Shown here in pieces: positions 15,232 to 25,828 of a stretch of DNA of 64,000 bases. The notes beneath the pieces were generated by a model. The model was not told the DNA's origin. It saw nothing but the letters and a program-made list of their open reading frames with translations, and searched no databases. Each line of letters starts with the position of its first letter. Position 1 is the stretch's first letter. Both the position numbers and the translations under genes were made by a program. The stretch comes from a virus. Where the stretch lies: the IMG/VR virus record IMGVR_UViG_3300045988_115849. One strand, 5' to 3'.

Positions 15232-18200
15232 ATGATCAACGTATCAAGTGAATTTAGAGATAAATTAAATAACGGAAATTGTAATTATCTTAGTTACGCA
15301 GATATTACGTTGAAAGACGGGACAACTCTAAATTTGACCAATGATGATATATGGAATGGCGGAGTTACGATTGAAGATGCAGTTTCAAGTGGAACTTTTG
15401 AAGTTGGATCAGTTGTTATCAATCAATGTACGATTGTGATAAATAATATCTATGATAAGTTTACAAAATATGACTTTAAAGAAGCTGTAGTGAGGGCGCA
15501 GTTAGGCACTGATTTGAACGAAACGGAATTTGATATAGATGCAGACGATGAAACGGAATCTTCGTATACACCACGAATTGAGAAAATAAAAAAAGGCGTA
15601 TATACAGTAGATGATACAAAATATAATGGATCAATTATAACACTTACATGCATAGATAATATGGGTAAGTTTGACAGGGCATATTCTGAAAGTAAGTTGG
15701 AGTATCCGGCAACATTAAAGACGATCGTTATGGATGCATGTGATATATGCGGAGTGACATTAAATACACCAGATTTTTCACATGGTGACTATATTATCAA
15801 TACAAGACCGACTGATGCTGCGGTAACATTTCGTGAAGTGATTGCTTGGTGCGGTCAAATCTCAGGAAATTACTGTAGGTGCAATGTCAATGGGCAGTTG
15901 GAATTAAAATGGTTCAATCAGAGTCTTTTAGAAAAAACACTTATAAATTTGATTCCTGACAGTTTGTTTGATGGTGGTATAACAAGTTGGAAAGCTGTAG
16001 ATGCAAAAATAGGAACGGACACAATTGAATATAAAGAAATGCTTTCAATCATCCCAAATGCAGGAAAAACAGGCTATGCAGTAGAAGCAGTTCCGAATCT
16101 TAAGTTGGCTACTAATTATACAATTGGTGGTCAATTTTTTATGCAGTATCCAGAAGATAACGATGTAGCAATCTTGAAGATTTTAAATGGAACAAAAGAA
16201 ATTGCAAGCAAAGAAATAGAATTAAATGACGGTTGGACTGGGTTCAAATTTGATTTTGTTTCAACATCACAGAATGTTTCTATCAACATTGGATTCAAAG
16301 GGGACAACACATTATATGTGTATAAACCTTATTTAGAAGAAAAAATACCAGATGAAATCTACCAATTTAATGGAGTATATAACTCTGATGTAGCTACAGA
16401 TGATGTAGTCATTACTGGCGTAAGAGTGATGGAAAAGAAAGATACTGAAAATAGCAGTGATGATTCTGATACTTCTGAGGGATCAGAAAACACGGCTTCT
16501 AGTGATGATGGATATATAAATTATCAGACTGGATCAGATGGATACCTTATTTCTATTGAAAATAATGAACTGATTAAAGATGGTGCCGGTCAAACGGTAT
16601 CTGGATTTTTGGGAGAACAGTTAATAGGATTTGCATTTCGGAAAGCTACGATCACACATATTAGTGATCCGACACTAGAAGCCGGAGATGTTGCAATTCT
16701 TACTGATTCAAAATTCGATCGTTACAAAATATTAGTATCATCAACAAAATTTAATACAAATAATTCTCAGACAACAAGTTCTAATGCTGAGAGTACAGAA
16801 AAAAATAGTGCTGTAAGATATTCCGCAGCGACCAAAAATTATGTGGAATACAGGAAGCAGATTGTACAAGAAAAAACAGACAGGCAAAAAGCATTAGATG
16901 AATTGAAAAACAGATTGAATAATTCTTCCGGAATTTATACAACAATCGAAAAAGATTCGGCAGGCGGACAGATTTTTTATCTGCACAATAAACCACAGCT
17001 AAAAGATTCCAATATGATCTGGAAAATGACAGCGGAAGCATGGGGCGTTTCTACAGATGGTGGGAAAACATACAATGCAGGAATGACGGTTGATGGAGAT
17101 ACAATTGTTAGATATTTAAAGGCTACAGGTCTTACAGCGGATGTGATCACGTCTGGAAGAATACAAGTAAAAGATTCTTTTGGAAATACGATTTTTTTGG
17201 TTGATATGGATACCGGCAAGGTTGTTATCAGTGGAGACAACATTTCTATTGGCGGAAAGATATTAACCGAAGAAATTGAGGATATAAAAAAGGCAGGAAA
17301 TCTAATCCTTAAGATGGATAACGAATACCAAGGTGTTAGTGTAGATCACGAGGGAAATTATGTGAAATTTCCAAAAGTGACGTTTACAGTACAGACGTTT
17401 TGGGGGCAGACAGATGTAACAAAAGATACTATCTTTTCATTTGCAAAATCTGACGGCGTAAACGGTACGTTTGACTCAAAGCAAAATATTTATACCGTCA
17501 CATCACTTGCAACAGACACTGGATGGATAGACGTTACAGCAAAGTATGTTACATACACCGCAAAGAAACGATTTAATATTGCTAAAGTTCGCGATGGTAG
17601 TCCGGGGAGAGTATATCTGTTGGAAACATCATCTTCTATATTGAAAAAATCACAGAATGGAGATGTAATACCGGACGAAATCACATTCAAAGCGTCATAT
17701 CGTGACGGTACAGAGTCAGCGAAAACAGAATATCAAGGAATCTTTGTGATAGAAGAGTCGAAAGATGGCAAGATATGGACCAAAACGTATGAAAGTTCGG
17801 AGAATGAAAGCACAATTACATTTCCGTTTTATAACTGTTTAGAAGTGACAACAGGGAATTATTTAAAAACAAATGCAGGGAGCATGATAGTTGTCAGTAA
17901 GAGGAACATGAAAGACATCATCTATGTACGATGCAGACTTTACACACCAGACAAAAAGATAATACTTGACGAAGAATCAATACCGTTGGTTATGGATGTA
18001 GAAGCATTGACTCATGAACAGATATTTAATCTGTTGACAAACGATGGAGCAATTAAAGGTATCTACAAAGAGGGAGACCAGTTGTATATATCCTTTACAT
18101 ACGCAAAAGGTGGAGAACTTGCACTTGGTGGAAAGAATAACGGCAATGGTGTCTTTAAGATGTATGACGAAAACAATAACGTTATCGGCACATGGGACAA

Positions 18201-18678
18201 GGACGGTATTAATGCCACAAAAGGTACATTTAGTGGAGAACTTAAGGCTGCGACTGGTACGTTTACAGGAGAACTAAACGGAGTCACTGGAACATTTAGT
18301 GGAGAGCTTAAAGCCGCATCTGGAACATTCAGTGGAATATGCTCGAATGTGGATAATGTATATACATCTAGTTTAAATCACGGTTGGGTCGAAATACTGA
18401 GGAATGGAGAAAGGACGGCATTTATGTCTGGTCGTGCAGTATACCAAAACAAATATGGGATGGCACTGCATGGGAAAAGCATTATCGTTCTTGGTTCTCC
18501 GGTTCTTGGAGTAACAGACTACAACGAAGATGGTGGAACAAATGAAGTTAGTATTGGTCAAACAGTTGAGATACCAATTGTTAAAAGCATATCAGCTACT
18601 TCAAACGGAATAATAAAATCAATGGTAAGTGGAAAGCTTATCTTTACAAAAGGGCTACTGACAAATTATTCAAAGTAA
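15232..18678 (+). CDS. Tail tip / tail-associated protein (prophage tail endopeptidase-type N-terminus)
   Basis: 1148 aa. N-terminal ..VSSEFRDKLNNGN..YADITLKDGTTLNLTNDDIW.. resembles the N-terminal region of phage minor structural/Tal proteins. C-terminal 11-aa GTFSGEL repeats. Confidence 0.75.
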   Translation: MINVSSEFRDKLNNGNCNYLSYADITLKDGTTLNLTNDDIWNGGVTIEDAVSSGTFEVGSVVINQCTIVINNIYDKFTKYDFKEAVVRAQLGTDLNETEFDIDADDETESSYTPRIEKIKKGVYTVDDTKYNGSIITLTCIDNMGKFDRAYSESKLEYPATLKTIVMDACDICGVTLNTPDFSHGDYIINTRPTDAAVTFREVIAWCGQISGNYCRCNVNGQLELKWFNQSLLEKTLINLIPDSLFDGGITSWKAVDAKIGTDTIEYKEMLSIIPNAGKTGYAVEAVPNLKLATNYTIGGQFFMQYPEDNDVAILKILNGTKEIASKEIELNDGWTGFKFDFVSTSQNVSINIGFKGDNTLYVYKPYLEEKIPDEIYQFNGVYNSDVATDDVVITGVRVMEKKDTENSSDDSDTSEGSENTASSDDGYINYQTGSDGYLISIENNELIKDGAGQTVSGFLGEQLIGFAFRKATITHISDPTLEAGDVAILTDSKFDRYKILVSSTKFNTNNSQTTSSNAESTEKNSAVRYSAATKNYVEYRKQIVQEKTDRQKALDELKNRLNNSSGIYTTIEKDSAGGQIFYLHNKPQLKDSNMIWKMTAEAWGVSTDGGKTYNAGMTVDGDTIVRYLKATGLTADVITSGRIQVKDSFGNTIFLVDMDTGKVVISGDNISIGGKILTEEIEDIKKAGNLILKMDNEYQGVSVDHEGNYVKFPKVTFTVQTFWGQTDVTKDTIFSFAKSDGVNGTFDSKQNIYTVTSLATDTGWIDVTAKYVTYTAKKRFNIAKVRDGSPGRVYLLETSSSILKKSQNGDVIPDEITFKASYRDGTESAKTEYQGIFVIEESKDGKIWTKTYESSENESTITFPFYNCLEVTTGNYLKTNAGSMIVVSKRNMKDIIYVRCRLYTPDKKIILDEESIPLVMDVEALTHEQIFNLLTNDGAIKGIYKEGDQLYISFTYAKGGELALGGKNNGNGVFKMYDENNNVIGTWDKDGINATKGTFSGELKAATGTFTGELNGVTGTFSGELKAASGTFSGICSNVDNVYTSSLNHGWVEILRNGERTAFMSGRAVYQNKYGMALHGKSIIVLGSPVLGVTDYNEDGGTNEVSIGQTVEIPIVKSISATSNGIIKSMVSGKLIFTKGLLTNYSK

Positions 18679-18691
18679 TGTAGGGGGATAT

Positions 18692-18979
18692 ATGAACATA
18701 GATATGACATTTTCCGTACTGTCGGAAAATCTTAGCACAAAAATAAATACAATCATCACAGAAGCAATGCAGAATGGTGCCACACTGGACGTTGTGGAAA
18801 TGTCCTTGATTAAGGTACATAACGATGTGCTGATGCAGAAAAACAGGCTGTATGCAGGGATGATAGAGCAACCTACTGAAAAAGAAATTGAGTTTAAAGA
18901 CCAGAAAGCATTGAAAGAGTTTTTGGAGAAATCTGGTGTAGAAGTAAAAGAGGTGGATGCAAATGGCAAAGATAAATGA
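18692..18979 (+). CDS. Hypothetical protein between tail tip and fibre
   Basis: 95 aa, SD GGGGGA. Overlaps the start of the fibre gene. Confidence 0.5.
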   Translation: MNIDMTFSVLSENLSTKINTIITEAMQNGATLDVVEMSLIKVHNDVLMQKNRLYAGMIEQPTEKEIEFKDQKALKEFLEKSGVEVKEVDANGKDK

Positions 18980-21900
18980 TTTACCGATATTGCCTAATCC
19001 GACAGAAGATATGTATTGTCTGGTTGGGAAAGATGATCTAAAGAAAGTACCATGGTCTGCGATTATGGGGCAGATTGGTTCCCCTTATGTTGCAACATCA
19101 ATATCACAAATGACAGATAAGACAAGGGTGTATGTCTATTATGGAGAAGAAAGTGGCTATATAAAAGGTAACTGGTACTATTGGAACGCCAATACATCAG
19201 CTTGGACTTCTGGGAAAAAGTATAACAGCGAGGGTATAGTTACAGATGAAACGCTTGCAGTACCTGGAAAGGCTGCGGATGCCAAAGCTACAGGCGATAA
19301 GATTAAAAAAACAAAAGAAGATTTAGAAAATGCATTAAAAGACATTGATGTTACAACAGACACAACCTTGACCAAAACTGGAAAAGCTGCGGATGCCAAA
19401 GCCACAGGAGATGCCATAAAAAAAGTAAAGGAAGATGTGGCGAACATTGATGTTGCTACAGATACAACACTTGCAGTATCTGGAAAGGCTGCGGATGCCA
19501 AAGCTACAGGCGATAAGATTAAAAAAATATCAGACGATTTAAAAAATACCATGCCATATTATCCAATCGCAACAGAAGAACAGGCAAGGGCAGGAGTAGA
19601 CGATACCGTTATGATGACTCCATTAAAAGTTGCTATGGCTTGCGAAGAATTTGGTGGCTCTGGTGGTGGCGGTGGAAACGTTAATGTCGCAACATTAAAA
19701 AGTAGCTTTACTGGTGGAAATTATGCGTATGGTTCGCCAATAGATATCCGCTATCGTTTTGCATCCCCAGTATCCGGAGATGGAACATTACATGTTATGG
19801 TGGATTCTGTCGAGACAGTTACAGAAACAGTACCGCAGGGAACAAACAGAGTCACACTAAACGATTTAAATAAAGGTAACCACACGATCACAATGTATGT
19901 TGTAGATGCGTCAGAAACATTTACAGATACACTTAGCTTTAGTGTCAGAGTTGGAACACTGGATATTACATCTACATTTGATGATAGTACAGACTTTAAC
20001 ATCGTAAATGTTATAAAAGTACCAATCACGATCGACACGATTTCTATTGACCCGATATATCTGGTACAGACGATTGATGGAGTAGAAACAAGACTTTCTG
20101 CACAAAACGGATACAACGTTATAACTCTGCCTACAATGAGTGCAGGGGCACATAAAGTATTGTTCCATGCGGAATCTGGTTCCTATAAATCACAGACATT
20201 AACATATAACATCATTATTGAAGATGCCGATAATCTGACGTTAATAACTGATTTTGACACAAAAACAATACAGTATAAAGATATGTTAGAAATCCCATAT
20301 CGAGTATCCATGAAAGGGCAGACAAAATTTACAGCTCAGTATTTTGTTGACGATACAGTTGTAAAAGAGGTTGAAATTCCATCTGGTACTAATGTTTGGG
20401 CCACAAGCACATTAGATATTGGTGCACATACTTTGAAAATCTTAGTCACAACAAAAGATGGAAGTAAATCTGCATACATTGAAGAAAACGTGATTGTGCA
20501 GGCAAGAGATTATACGCCAATGGAACCAGTAAAAGATGCTTCTTTGCTTTGTTGGTTTGATGCAACAGGAAGAACAAATCAAGATGTGGGTAAAGAAACA
20601 TGGACCGATAAATCTGGAAAAGGCGTTGTCGCAACACTGCACAACTTCAACTACAACACAAACGGTTGGGAAAACAATGCTCTGAAATGTAACGGACAGG
20701 CTTATGTAGAGATTGACTTAGAAGCGTTAGCTGATAATGCCCCATACGGAATGACAGTAGATATCCGATATAACACAAGAGATGTAGGTAACCAAGACGC
20801 GTGTGTATTAGAGATGAGAGGTAATGATACTTATAGTAAAGGTTTTGCAATAGATACTGAGTATATGTATATGAACTCTGCATCATCTCAGTTAAAGAGT
20901 ACGGTAGAACAAGATAGTATCTCAAAAGCAACTTTTGTTATTGATCGTGACAATAAGATTGCAAAAATCTATAACAACGGTGTTCTGACAGAAACATTCT
21001 TGATGCAGGACAGCGAAAATTTCACAAACAACACAAAGATATTCTTAGGAGCAAAACTTGAAACAGTCGATTCAAAATGGGTTCCTAATGTGTTCGGAAA
21101 CTGTGAGATTTATAGTTTTCGTGTGTATGCAAGAGCATTGGACAGTGAAGAAATTGTTAAAAACTTTGTAGCTGATATTCCAGATATGGACGAACAGCAA
21201 GCGAAATATCTTCTTAACTACGAAAACGCTATGCCTACGATGTATTTCTACGGAGATACATCAGCAATGACAAAAGAAAATAAAGTACCGCTTAGGATTA
21301 AATATATATCTGGTAATGCAGATGAATATGGAGCTTCTTTTGATTTAGAGAATTGTCAAGTTGGATGGCAGGGAACATCTTCCTTGCAGTACGCTGTAAA
21401 GAATTACAAAATCAAGTTAAAGAATCCAGATGGAAGTAAATATAAGTATAGTCCGTTCAAGAATGGGATCTTGGAAGATACATTCTGTCTGAAAGCGGAT
21501 TATATGGAAAGCTCGCACGCAAACAATACAGGTATGGCTAAATTTATCAATGACGAGTTATACGATACAAAAGTACCACCTCAGCAAACAAATAGTAAGG
21601 TCCGTACAGCGATCAACGGATTTCCAATCCAGTTATATATTGCAAAGGATTCTGCATCAACACCCGTGTATATGGGCGTATTTAATTTCAATCTTGATAA
21701 AGGATGTAACAAGTCATTTGGATTGGATAACGAGGTTACTGGACAGGAAAACTGTATGTCTTTTGAGGTATCATCAAACTCTGACACATCAGCAGGTGCC
21801 TTTAAAAATGATACAGATGAATCTTTACGTACAGACTTTGAATTGAGATATCCAGACGAAGATGATTGCACATCTGAACAGATTACTGAGAAGTACAACG

Positions 21901-24900
21901 TATTGAAAAGACTTGTTACTTGGGTAAAAAATGCAGATGAAACAACATTCAAAAACGAGTTAGAACAGTATTTCAACAAAGAATATCTACTCAAATATTT
22001 CTTGCAGGTACATCTATTCGGAATGGTTGACAACTTAGGTAAGAACATGATGTTAACCACATGGGACGGAAACATCTGGTATCCGCAGTTCTATGACCTC
22101 GATACACAGCTAGGTCTGGATAATACAGGATATTTGAAATTTTACAGTGACATTGATATCACAGAGGGTGTTTACAACACGTCTGGTTCTAAATTATGGA
22201 CGATGGTTGAAAATGTGTTTGTGGACGAATTATCTGCAATGTATAAGAAGCTTAGAACTTCTAAATATAGATTAGATAATATCTTGAAATACTGGTATGA
22301 CGGACAGGTAGCTCAAATCGGGGAACTTCAATATAACAAAGATATGGAAGCAAAATATATCAAGTTTAAGAACGATTACCTATTCATGCTACACGGCAGA
22401 AGAAGCGAGCATATGAAGAAATGGGTAAAAGAAAGACTGTTATATCTTGATACTATATACGGTTATGAAGAAGACACGAAAGAATCCATCACAATTCGTG
22501 CAAATACTACTGCAAACATCAATCTTGATATTCTTACATATTCCCCACAGTATCTGACAGTAAGGTGGAGAAATGGAGTAGAACAGAGGTTAAAAATCGG
22601 TCGTGATACTAACGGTATGATGAAAGCTACAAGATTTAACGGAACTCTTGCAACGGCAACGGACCAAGAAATCATCGTTTACAACGCAAAGCAGATTAAA
22701 AAGATTGACGGACTGACAAAAGCAAATCCATCAACATTAAACCTTGTAGAAGCAAGCCGATTGGTAGAGGTAGATTGTCAAAATGCGAAAGTGCTGAATG
22801 ATATTCGTCTGAACGAAAACAATAAGTTTATTTCAAAGATAAAACTGAACGGCTGTACAAAATTAGGAGATACATCCACAGGAAAATCGTCTGTATTGGA
22901 CTTATCAATGTTCGCAATGTTAAGCGAAGTTAATCTAAACGATACGTTACTTACGAATATCTTGTTCCCTACAAATGGATGTAACTTAAAGACACTACAG
23001 ATAAGATCAAGTAAATTACAATCATTGTCTTTGAAAAATATGCCATTGTTAGGGCAGTTATCTGTTAATAAAGATGCGATACTATCCGAGTTTACAGTTG
23101 AGAACTGCCCAGAAGCATATATGCGGTACGATGTGCAAAATGGAAGAAAAACGGTTCTTATAAGGTCAGAAACAATATCAATCAGTGGTTCTCCTAAATT
23201 GTTTGTGGATGATGATGTTGTATCAATAAATGTTCCTTCTACTGCTGGCGGTAATAATAATAATAATACACCATTGTTAAGAAATCTTAAGTTATGTGAT
23301 ATTGATAATATTCCTATATTGTTAATAAATGGTACAGGGGCACAAGGTAGTTATAAAGAAACGCACATTGAAACTTTCAAAATAGATTGTGGTATTGGAT
23401 TCTTGAGATTGTTAGGTATGGGATTCAAAACAATGCAAGAGCAGATGGATATTAACATGGAACGAGTTAAAGGTCTCATATTAAAAAGATTTACAAATAT
23501 CAGAAGTGTTCATTTAACATCAAAAATGAATGGCGTTTATATTGCTAGTCAAAATATTTGTGGAGAATCTTTTTTAAATGGATATTTTTATAATAATGTA
23601 TTTGGTGCTGGAACTTCCAGAGATGATGGAAATTATACTAATATGACGAAACTTGAGTCTATTTACATGGATGATGTGGAAGTGACCGATACTATAGATT
23701 TTTCAAATAATCCCAAAATGGGTATGTTAGCATTAGACGAAACTGTGATACCAGAATCAATCGGAAAAGTAATTGCGAACTGTGATTTTACAGCATATAA
23801 AACTCCAGAATGGATGTATAACGGATATAATGCCCGTTTCTACTTACCACCAATATTTGAGGTTGAGGGATGTATCAAGACTACGAGTGCTGATAAATTA
23901 TGGGCAAAAACAGTCTCAGATACGGCATATCCGCCACTTCGTAATTTTGAGAAATTGACGTTAGAGTTAGATGAGGATTTCAATAACTTAGAAAAGTTTT
24001 TCTATAAGTTCAAAGCCTTAGAGAAATTACCAGATTGCATCACGCCAGAGGTGATTGGTAAATGTACTCAAATAAATAACGCATTTGACGGATGTATATG
24101 TCTGTCTAATATCAATCGTTTAGAAGGTGCTGATATCGAAATTACCTCGGATGCAAATAAGTCAGTCGCAATGCGTGCGTTTTGCGATGTTAAAGGACCT
24201 TTCGCTCTTGGAAATATTTCCATTACCGGTAATACGATGAACGATGTGCAAAGTATGTTTCAAAATAGTGGCGTGACAAGCATTAGAAACATGGTTGTTA
24301 AATCGAAAACGAAAGATTATGCAGGTTACACATACGTATTTAATGGAGCGACAAAATTGCAACATATAGGTAACTTGCAAATTGATACAAGCGAGAACGC
24401 CAGAGCAAGTGTCGGCTGTATGTTTATGAATTGCGGGTTAACAGATTATTCGAATGTTCATCTACCATTGAATGTTGATATGGATCAGACTTTTGAAGGC
24501 AGTTCATTAGCGTCTATAGAATCCATTCCAGATTATAAAGAAGTAATAAGAACTGCAACATTGTTACAATCTACGTTTAGAAACACGCAAATAGAAAATG
24601 TACCGGACCTTGTGATAGATAACGCTACAACCATTAGATCTATGTTCAATGGTTGTAAAAAATTAAGAGAAGTTGCTAGTATTACAGGAAATGCTAACAT
24701 AACGAACATTACAGAGATATTTAGGGACTGTTATAAATTGGAACACATATCAAAAGTATCGTTCCCTAATATGCAAAAGTCAACAGATATGGCCAGTCAT
24801 TGTAATATACTTTATACGTCTGGAAAATCAAATTCAACTGGCCAGATTATCATTGATTATTTGAATTTGGGGAAAGCGTTAGCTATCAGTAAAAACGAAA

Positions 24901-25181
24901 TTACTAATAATGCATACGATGGTATGTTCCAATTCTTCCAATGTCCAACACCTGTTAAAATCAATTTCCAATGCGATATTGGAACGATTATTGAAAAAAC
25001 AGTTTGGTTAGGCAACATCAATGGTCTACCAGACGTAGAAACACTAAATAGCTTTGCAGACCACGCACTTACACTAGACAGTGCTTATACGTTAAAGGTT
25101 TCTAAAAATATCTATAGCTTATTTACATCGGAAATATTAGCTAAGTTATCAGCTAAAAACTGGACGATTGCATCAATGTAG
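18963..25181 (+). CDS. Giant tail fibre / receptor-binding protein: GKAADAKATGD repeats, Ig-like region, LamG, CotH-like and BspA-type LRR domains
   Basis: ATG at 18963 after SD GAGGTGG. LamG-like region ..WTDKSGKGVVATLHNF..FRVYARALDSEEIVKNF (about 20540-21170). CotH-like region ..GTSSLQYAVKNYKIKL..GKNMMLTTWDGNIWYPQFYDLDTQLG (about 21230-22460). C-terminal repeats of the F-x-x-C-x-x-L-x-x-I type (FDGCICLSNI, FNGCKKLREV, FRDCYKLEHI). Confidence 0.85.
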   Translation: MAKINDLPILPNPTEDMYCLVGKDDLKKVPWSAIMGQIGSPYVATSISQMTDKTRVYVYYGEESGYIKGNWYYWNANTSAWTSGKKYNSEGIVTDETLAVPGKAADAKATGDKIKKTKEDLENALKDIDVTTDTTLTKTGKAADAKATGDAIKKVKEDVANIDVATDTTLAVSGKAADAKATGDKIKKISDDLKNTMPYYPIATEEQARAGVDDTVMMTPLKVAMACEEFGGSGGGGGNVNVATLKSSFTGGNYAYGSPIDIRYRFASPVSGDGTLHVMVDSVETVTETVPQGTNRVTLNDLNKGNHTITMYVVDASETFTDTLSFSVRVGTLDITSTFDDSTDFNIVNVIKVPITIDTISIDPIYLVQTIDGVETRLSAQNGYNVITLPTMSAGAHKVLFHAESGSYKSQTLTYNIIIEDADNLTLITDFDTKTIQYKDMLEIPYRVSMKGQTKFTAQYFVDDTVVKEVEIPSGTNVWATSTLDIGAHTLKILVTTKDGSKSAYIEENVIVQARDYTPMEPVKDASLLCWFDATGRTNQDVGKETWTDKSGKGVVATLHNFNYNTNGWENNALKCNGQAYVEIDLEALADNAPYGMTVDIRYNTRDVGNQDACVLEMRGNDTYSKGFAIDTEYMYMNSASSQLKSTVEQDSISKATFVIDRDNKIAKIYNNGVLTETFLMQDSENFTNNTKIFLGAKLETVDSKWVPNVFGNCEIYSFRVYARALDSEEIVKNFVADIPDMDEQQAKYLLNYENAMPTMYFYGDTSAMTKENKVPLRIKYISGNADEYGASFDLENCQVGWQGTSSLQYAVKNYKIKLKNPDGSKYKYSPFKNGILEDTFCLKADYMESSHANNTGMAKFINDELYDTKVPPQQTNSKVRTAINGFPIQLYIAKDSASTPVYMGVFNFNLDKGCNKSFGLDNEVTGQENCMSFEVSSNSDTSAGAFKNDTDESLRTDFELRYPDEDDCTSEQITEKYNVLKRLVTWVKNADETTFKNELEQYFNKEYLLKYFLQVHLFGMVDNLGKNMMLTTWDGNIWYPQFYDLDTQLGLDNTGYLKFYSDIDITEGVYNTSGSKLWTMVENVFVDELSAMYKKLRTSKYRLDNILKYWYDGQVAQIGELQYNKDMEAKYIKFKNDYLFMLHGRRSEHMKKWVKERLLYLDTIYGYEEDTKESITIRANTTANINLDILTYSPQYLTVRWRNGVEQRLKIGRDTNGMMKATRFNGTLATATDQEIIVYNAKQIKKIDGLTKANPSTLNLVEASRLVEVDCQNAKVLNDIRLNENNKFISKIKLNGCTKLGDTSTGKSSVLDLSMFAMLSEVNLNDTLLTNILFPTNGCNLKTLQIRSSKLQSLSLKNMPLLGQLSVNKDAILSEFTVENCPEAYMRYDVQNGRKTVLIRSETISISGSPKLFVDDDVVSINVPSTAGGNNNNNTPLLRNLKLCDIDNIPILLINGTGAQGSYKETHIETFKIDCGIGFLRLLGMGFKTMQEQMDINMERVKGLILKRFTNIRSVHLTSKMNGVYIASQNICGESFLNGYFYNNVFGAGTSRDDGNYTNMTKLESIYMDDVEVTDTIDFSNNPKMGMLALDETVIPESIGKVIANCDFTAYKTPEWMYNGYNARFYLPPIFEVEGCIKTTSADKLWAKTVSDTAYPPLRNFEKLTLELDEDFNNLEKFFYKFKALEKLPDCITPEVIGKCTQINNAFDGCICLSNINRLEGADIEITSDANKSVAMRAFCDVKGPFALGNISITGNTMNDVQSMFQNSGVTSIRNMVVKSKTKDYAGYTYVFNGATKLQHIGNLQIDTSENARASVGCMFMNCGLTDYSNVHLPLNVDMDQTFEGSSLASIESIPDYKEVIRTATLLQSTFRNTQIENVPDLVIDNATTIRSMFNGCKKLREVASITGNANITNITEIFRDCYKLEHISKVSFPNMQKSTDMASHCNILYTSGKSNSTGQIIIDYLNLGKALAISKNEITNNAYDGMFQFFQCPTPVKINFQCDIGTIIEKTVWLGNINGLPDVETLNSFADHALTLDSAYTLKVSKNIYSLFTSEILAKLSAKNWTIASM
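19264..19526 (+). repeat. Three in-frame tandem repeats (114- and 102-nt periods) in the fibre N-terminus
   Basis: CTGGAAA(G/A)GCTGCGGATGCCAAAGC(T/C)ACAGG starts at 19264, 19378 and 19480. Copies 1 and 3 share an identical stretch of about 46 nt. Confidence 0.85.
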
Positions 25182-25193
25182 GAGGTGGTAGAA

Positions 25194-25547
25194 GTGAGAA
25201 CCGAAGTGAAAAACAATATCACGTATCTCTATCCAGACAGCGGAAAACGGTTGAAATTGTTAAATGGTACAGATACCTATAGTGTTTTGATTCTTGCAAA
25301 GGACGATACGCAAGACAATTACGAAGAGGTGGATTCTTTGTGGGAACCAGATTTACCAGAAACTGAAACAGTACCAGAAGTACCAGAAATAACACCGGAT
25401 GAAAACGGTAAGATAACCTACGAAGATGCACAAAAACTGGTAGATACAATAAAAGAAATGCAGTCACGAATGGTGGACATGCAGGAATCAAATACCATGC
25501 TGACAGAATGTATATTAGAAATGTCGGAAGTGGTGTATGATGCATAG
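25194..25547 (+). CDS. Acidic hypothetical protein downstream of the fibre
   Basis: GTG at 25194 lies 8 nt after SD AGGAGG. Acidic, with a Pro/Glu-rich linker (PDLPETETVPEVPEITPDE). Confidence 0.5.
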   Translation: MRTEVKNNITYLYPDSGKRLKLLNGTDTYSVLILAKDDTQDNYEEVDSLWEPDLPETETVPEVPEITPDENGKITYEDAQKLVDTIKEMQSRMVDMQESNTMLTECILEMSEVVYDA

Positions 25548-25587
25548 ATTAATACTTAAATTATTATACGGAAAGGAGGGCGAAACG

Positions 25588-25719
25588 ATGATGGCTATGT
25601 TATGGGCACAGCAGATTATGATTGGCAAAAAGACATATGCACAGGTACCAAAACTGTTAAAAGAGAAAGTAAAAGAAATATTAGTTGACAGTGGGTGCGA
25701 AGAACTAGCAACGGAATAA
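25588..25719 (+). CDS. Small conserved-looking protein upstream of the lysis cassette
   Basis: ATG at 25588 after SD AAGGAGGG. 43 aa (MMAMLWAQQIMIGKKTYAQVPKLLKEKVKEILVDSG..). Confidence 0.45.
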   Translation: MMAMLWAQQIMIGKKTYAQVPKLLKEKVKEILVDSGCEELATE

Positions 25720-25828
25720 AAAAACCCCCTACAGTTTGTAGGGGGAAAGTATAAAATTTGAAGATTAAGTATGAAAAAATCTTCAAATACATATTAACAT
25801 AAATTTCCACAAAAAGAAAGGAGAAACT

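Noticed and set aside
18963-25181. Diversity-generating retroelement targeting the fibre
   Set aside because: No reverse transcriptase gene was found anywhere in the window, and no template/variable repeat pair was seen. The repeats in the fibre are in-frame tandem units.
25588-25719. XkdX-family assignment for the 43-aa protein upstream of the holin
   Set aside because: Position and size fit, but the sequence does not resemble the XkdX pattern as I recall it. It was left as hypothetical.
25725-25745. GC-rich hairpin CCCCCTACA/TGTAGGGGG as the terminator of the tail/fibre operon
   Set aside because: The A-run precedes the stem and no T-run follows it on the + strand. It is therefore oriented like a minus-strand terminator, although no leftward gene lies to its right. 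It is kept only as an unexplained stable hairpin.
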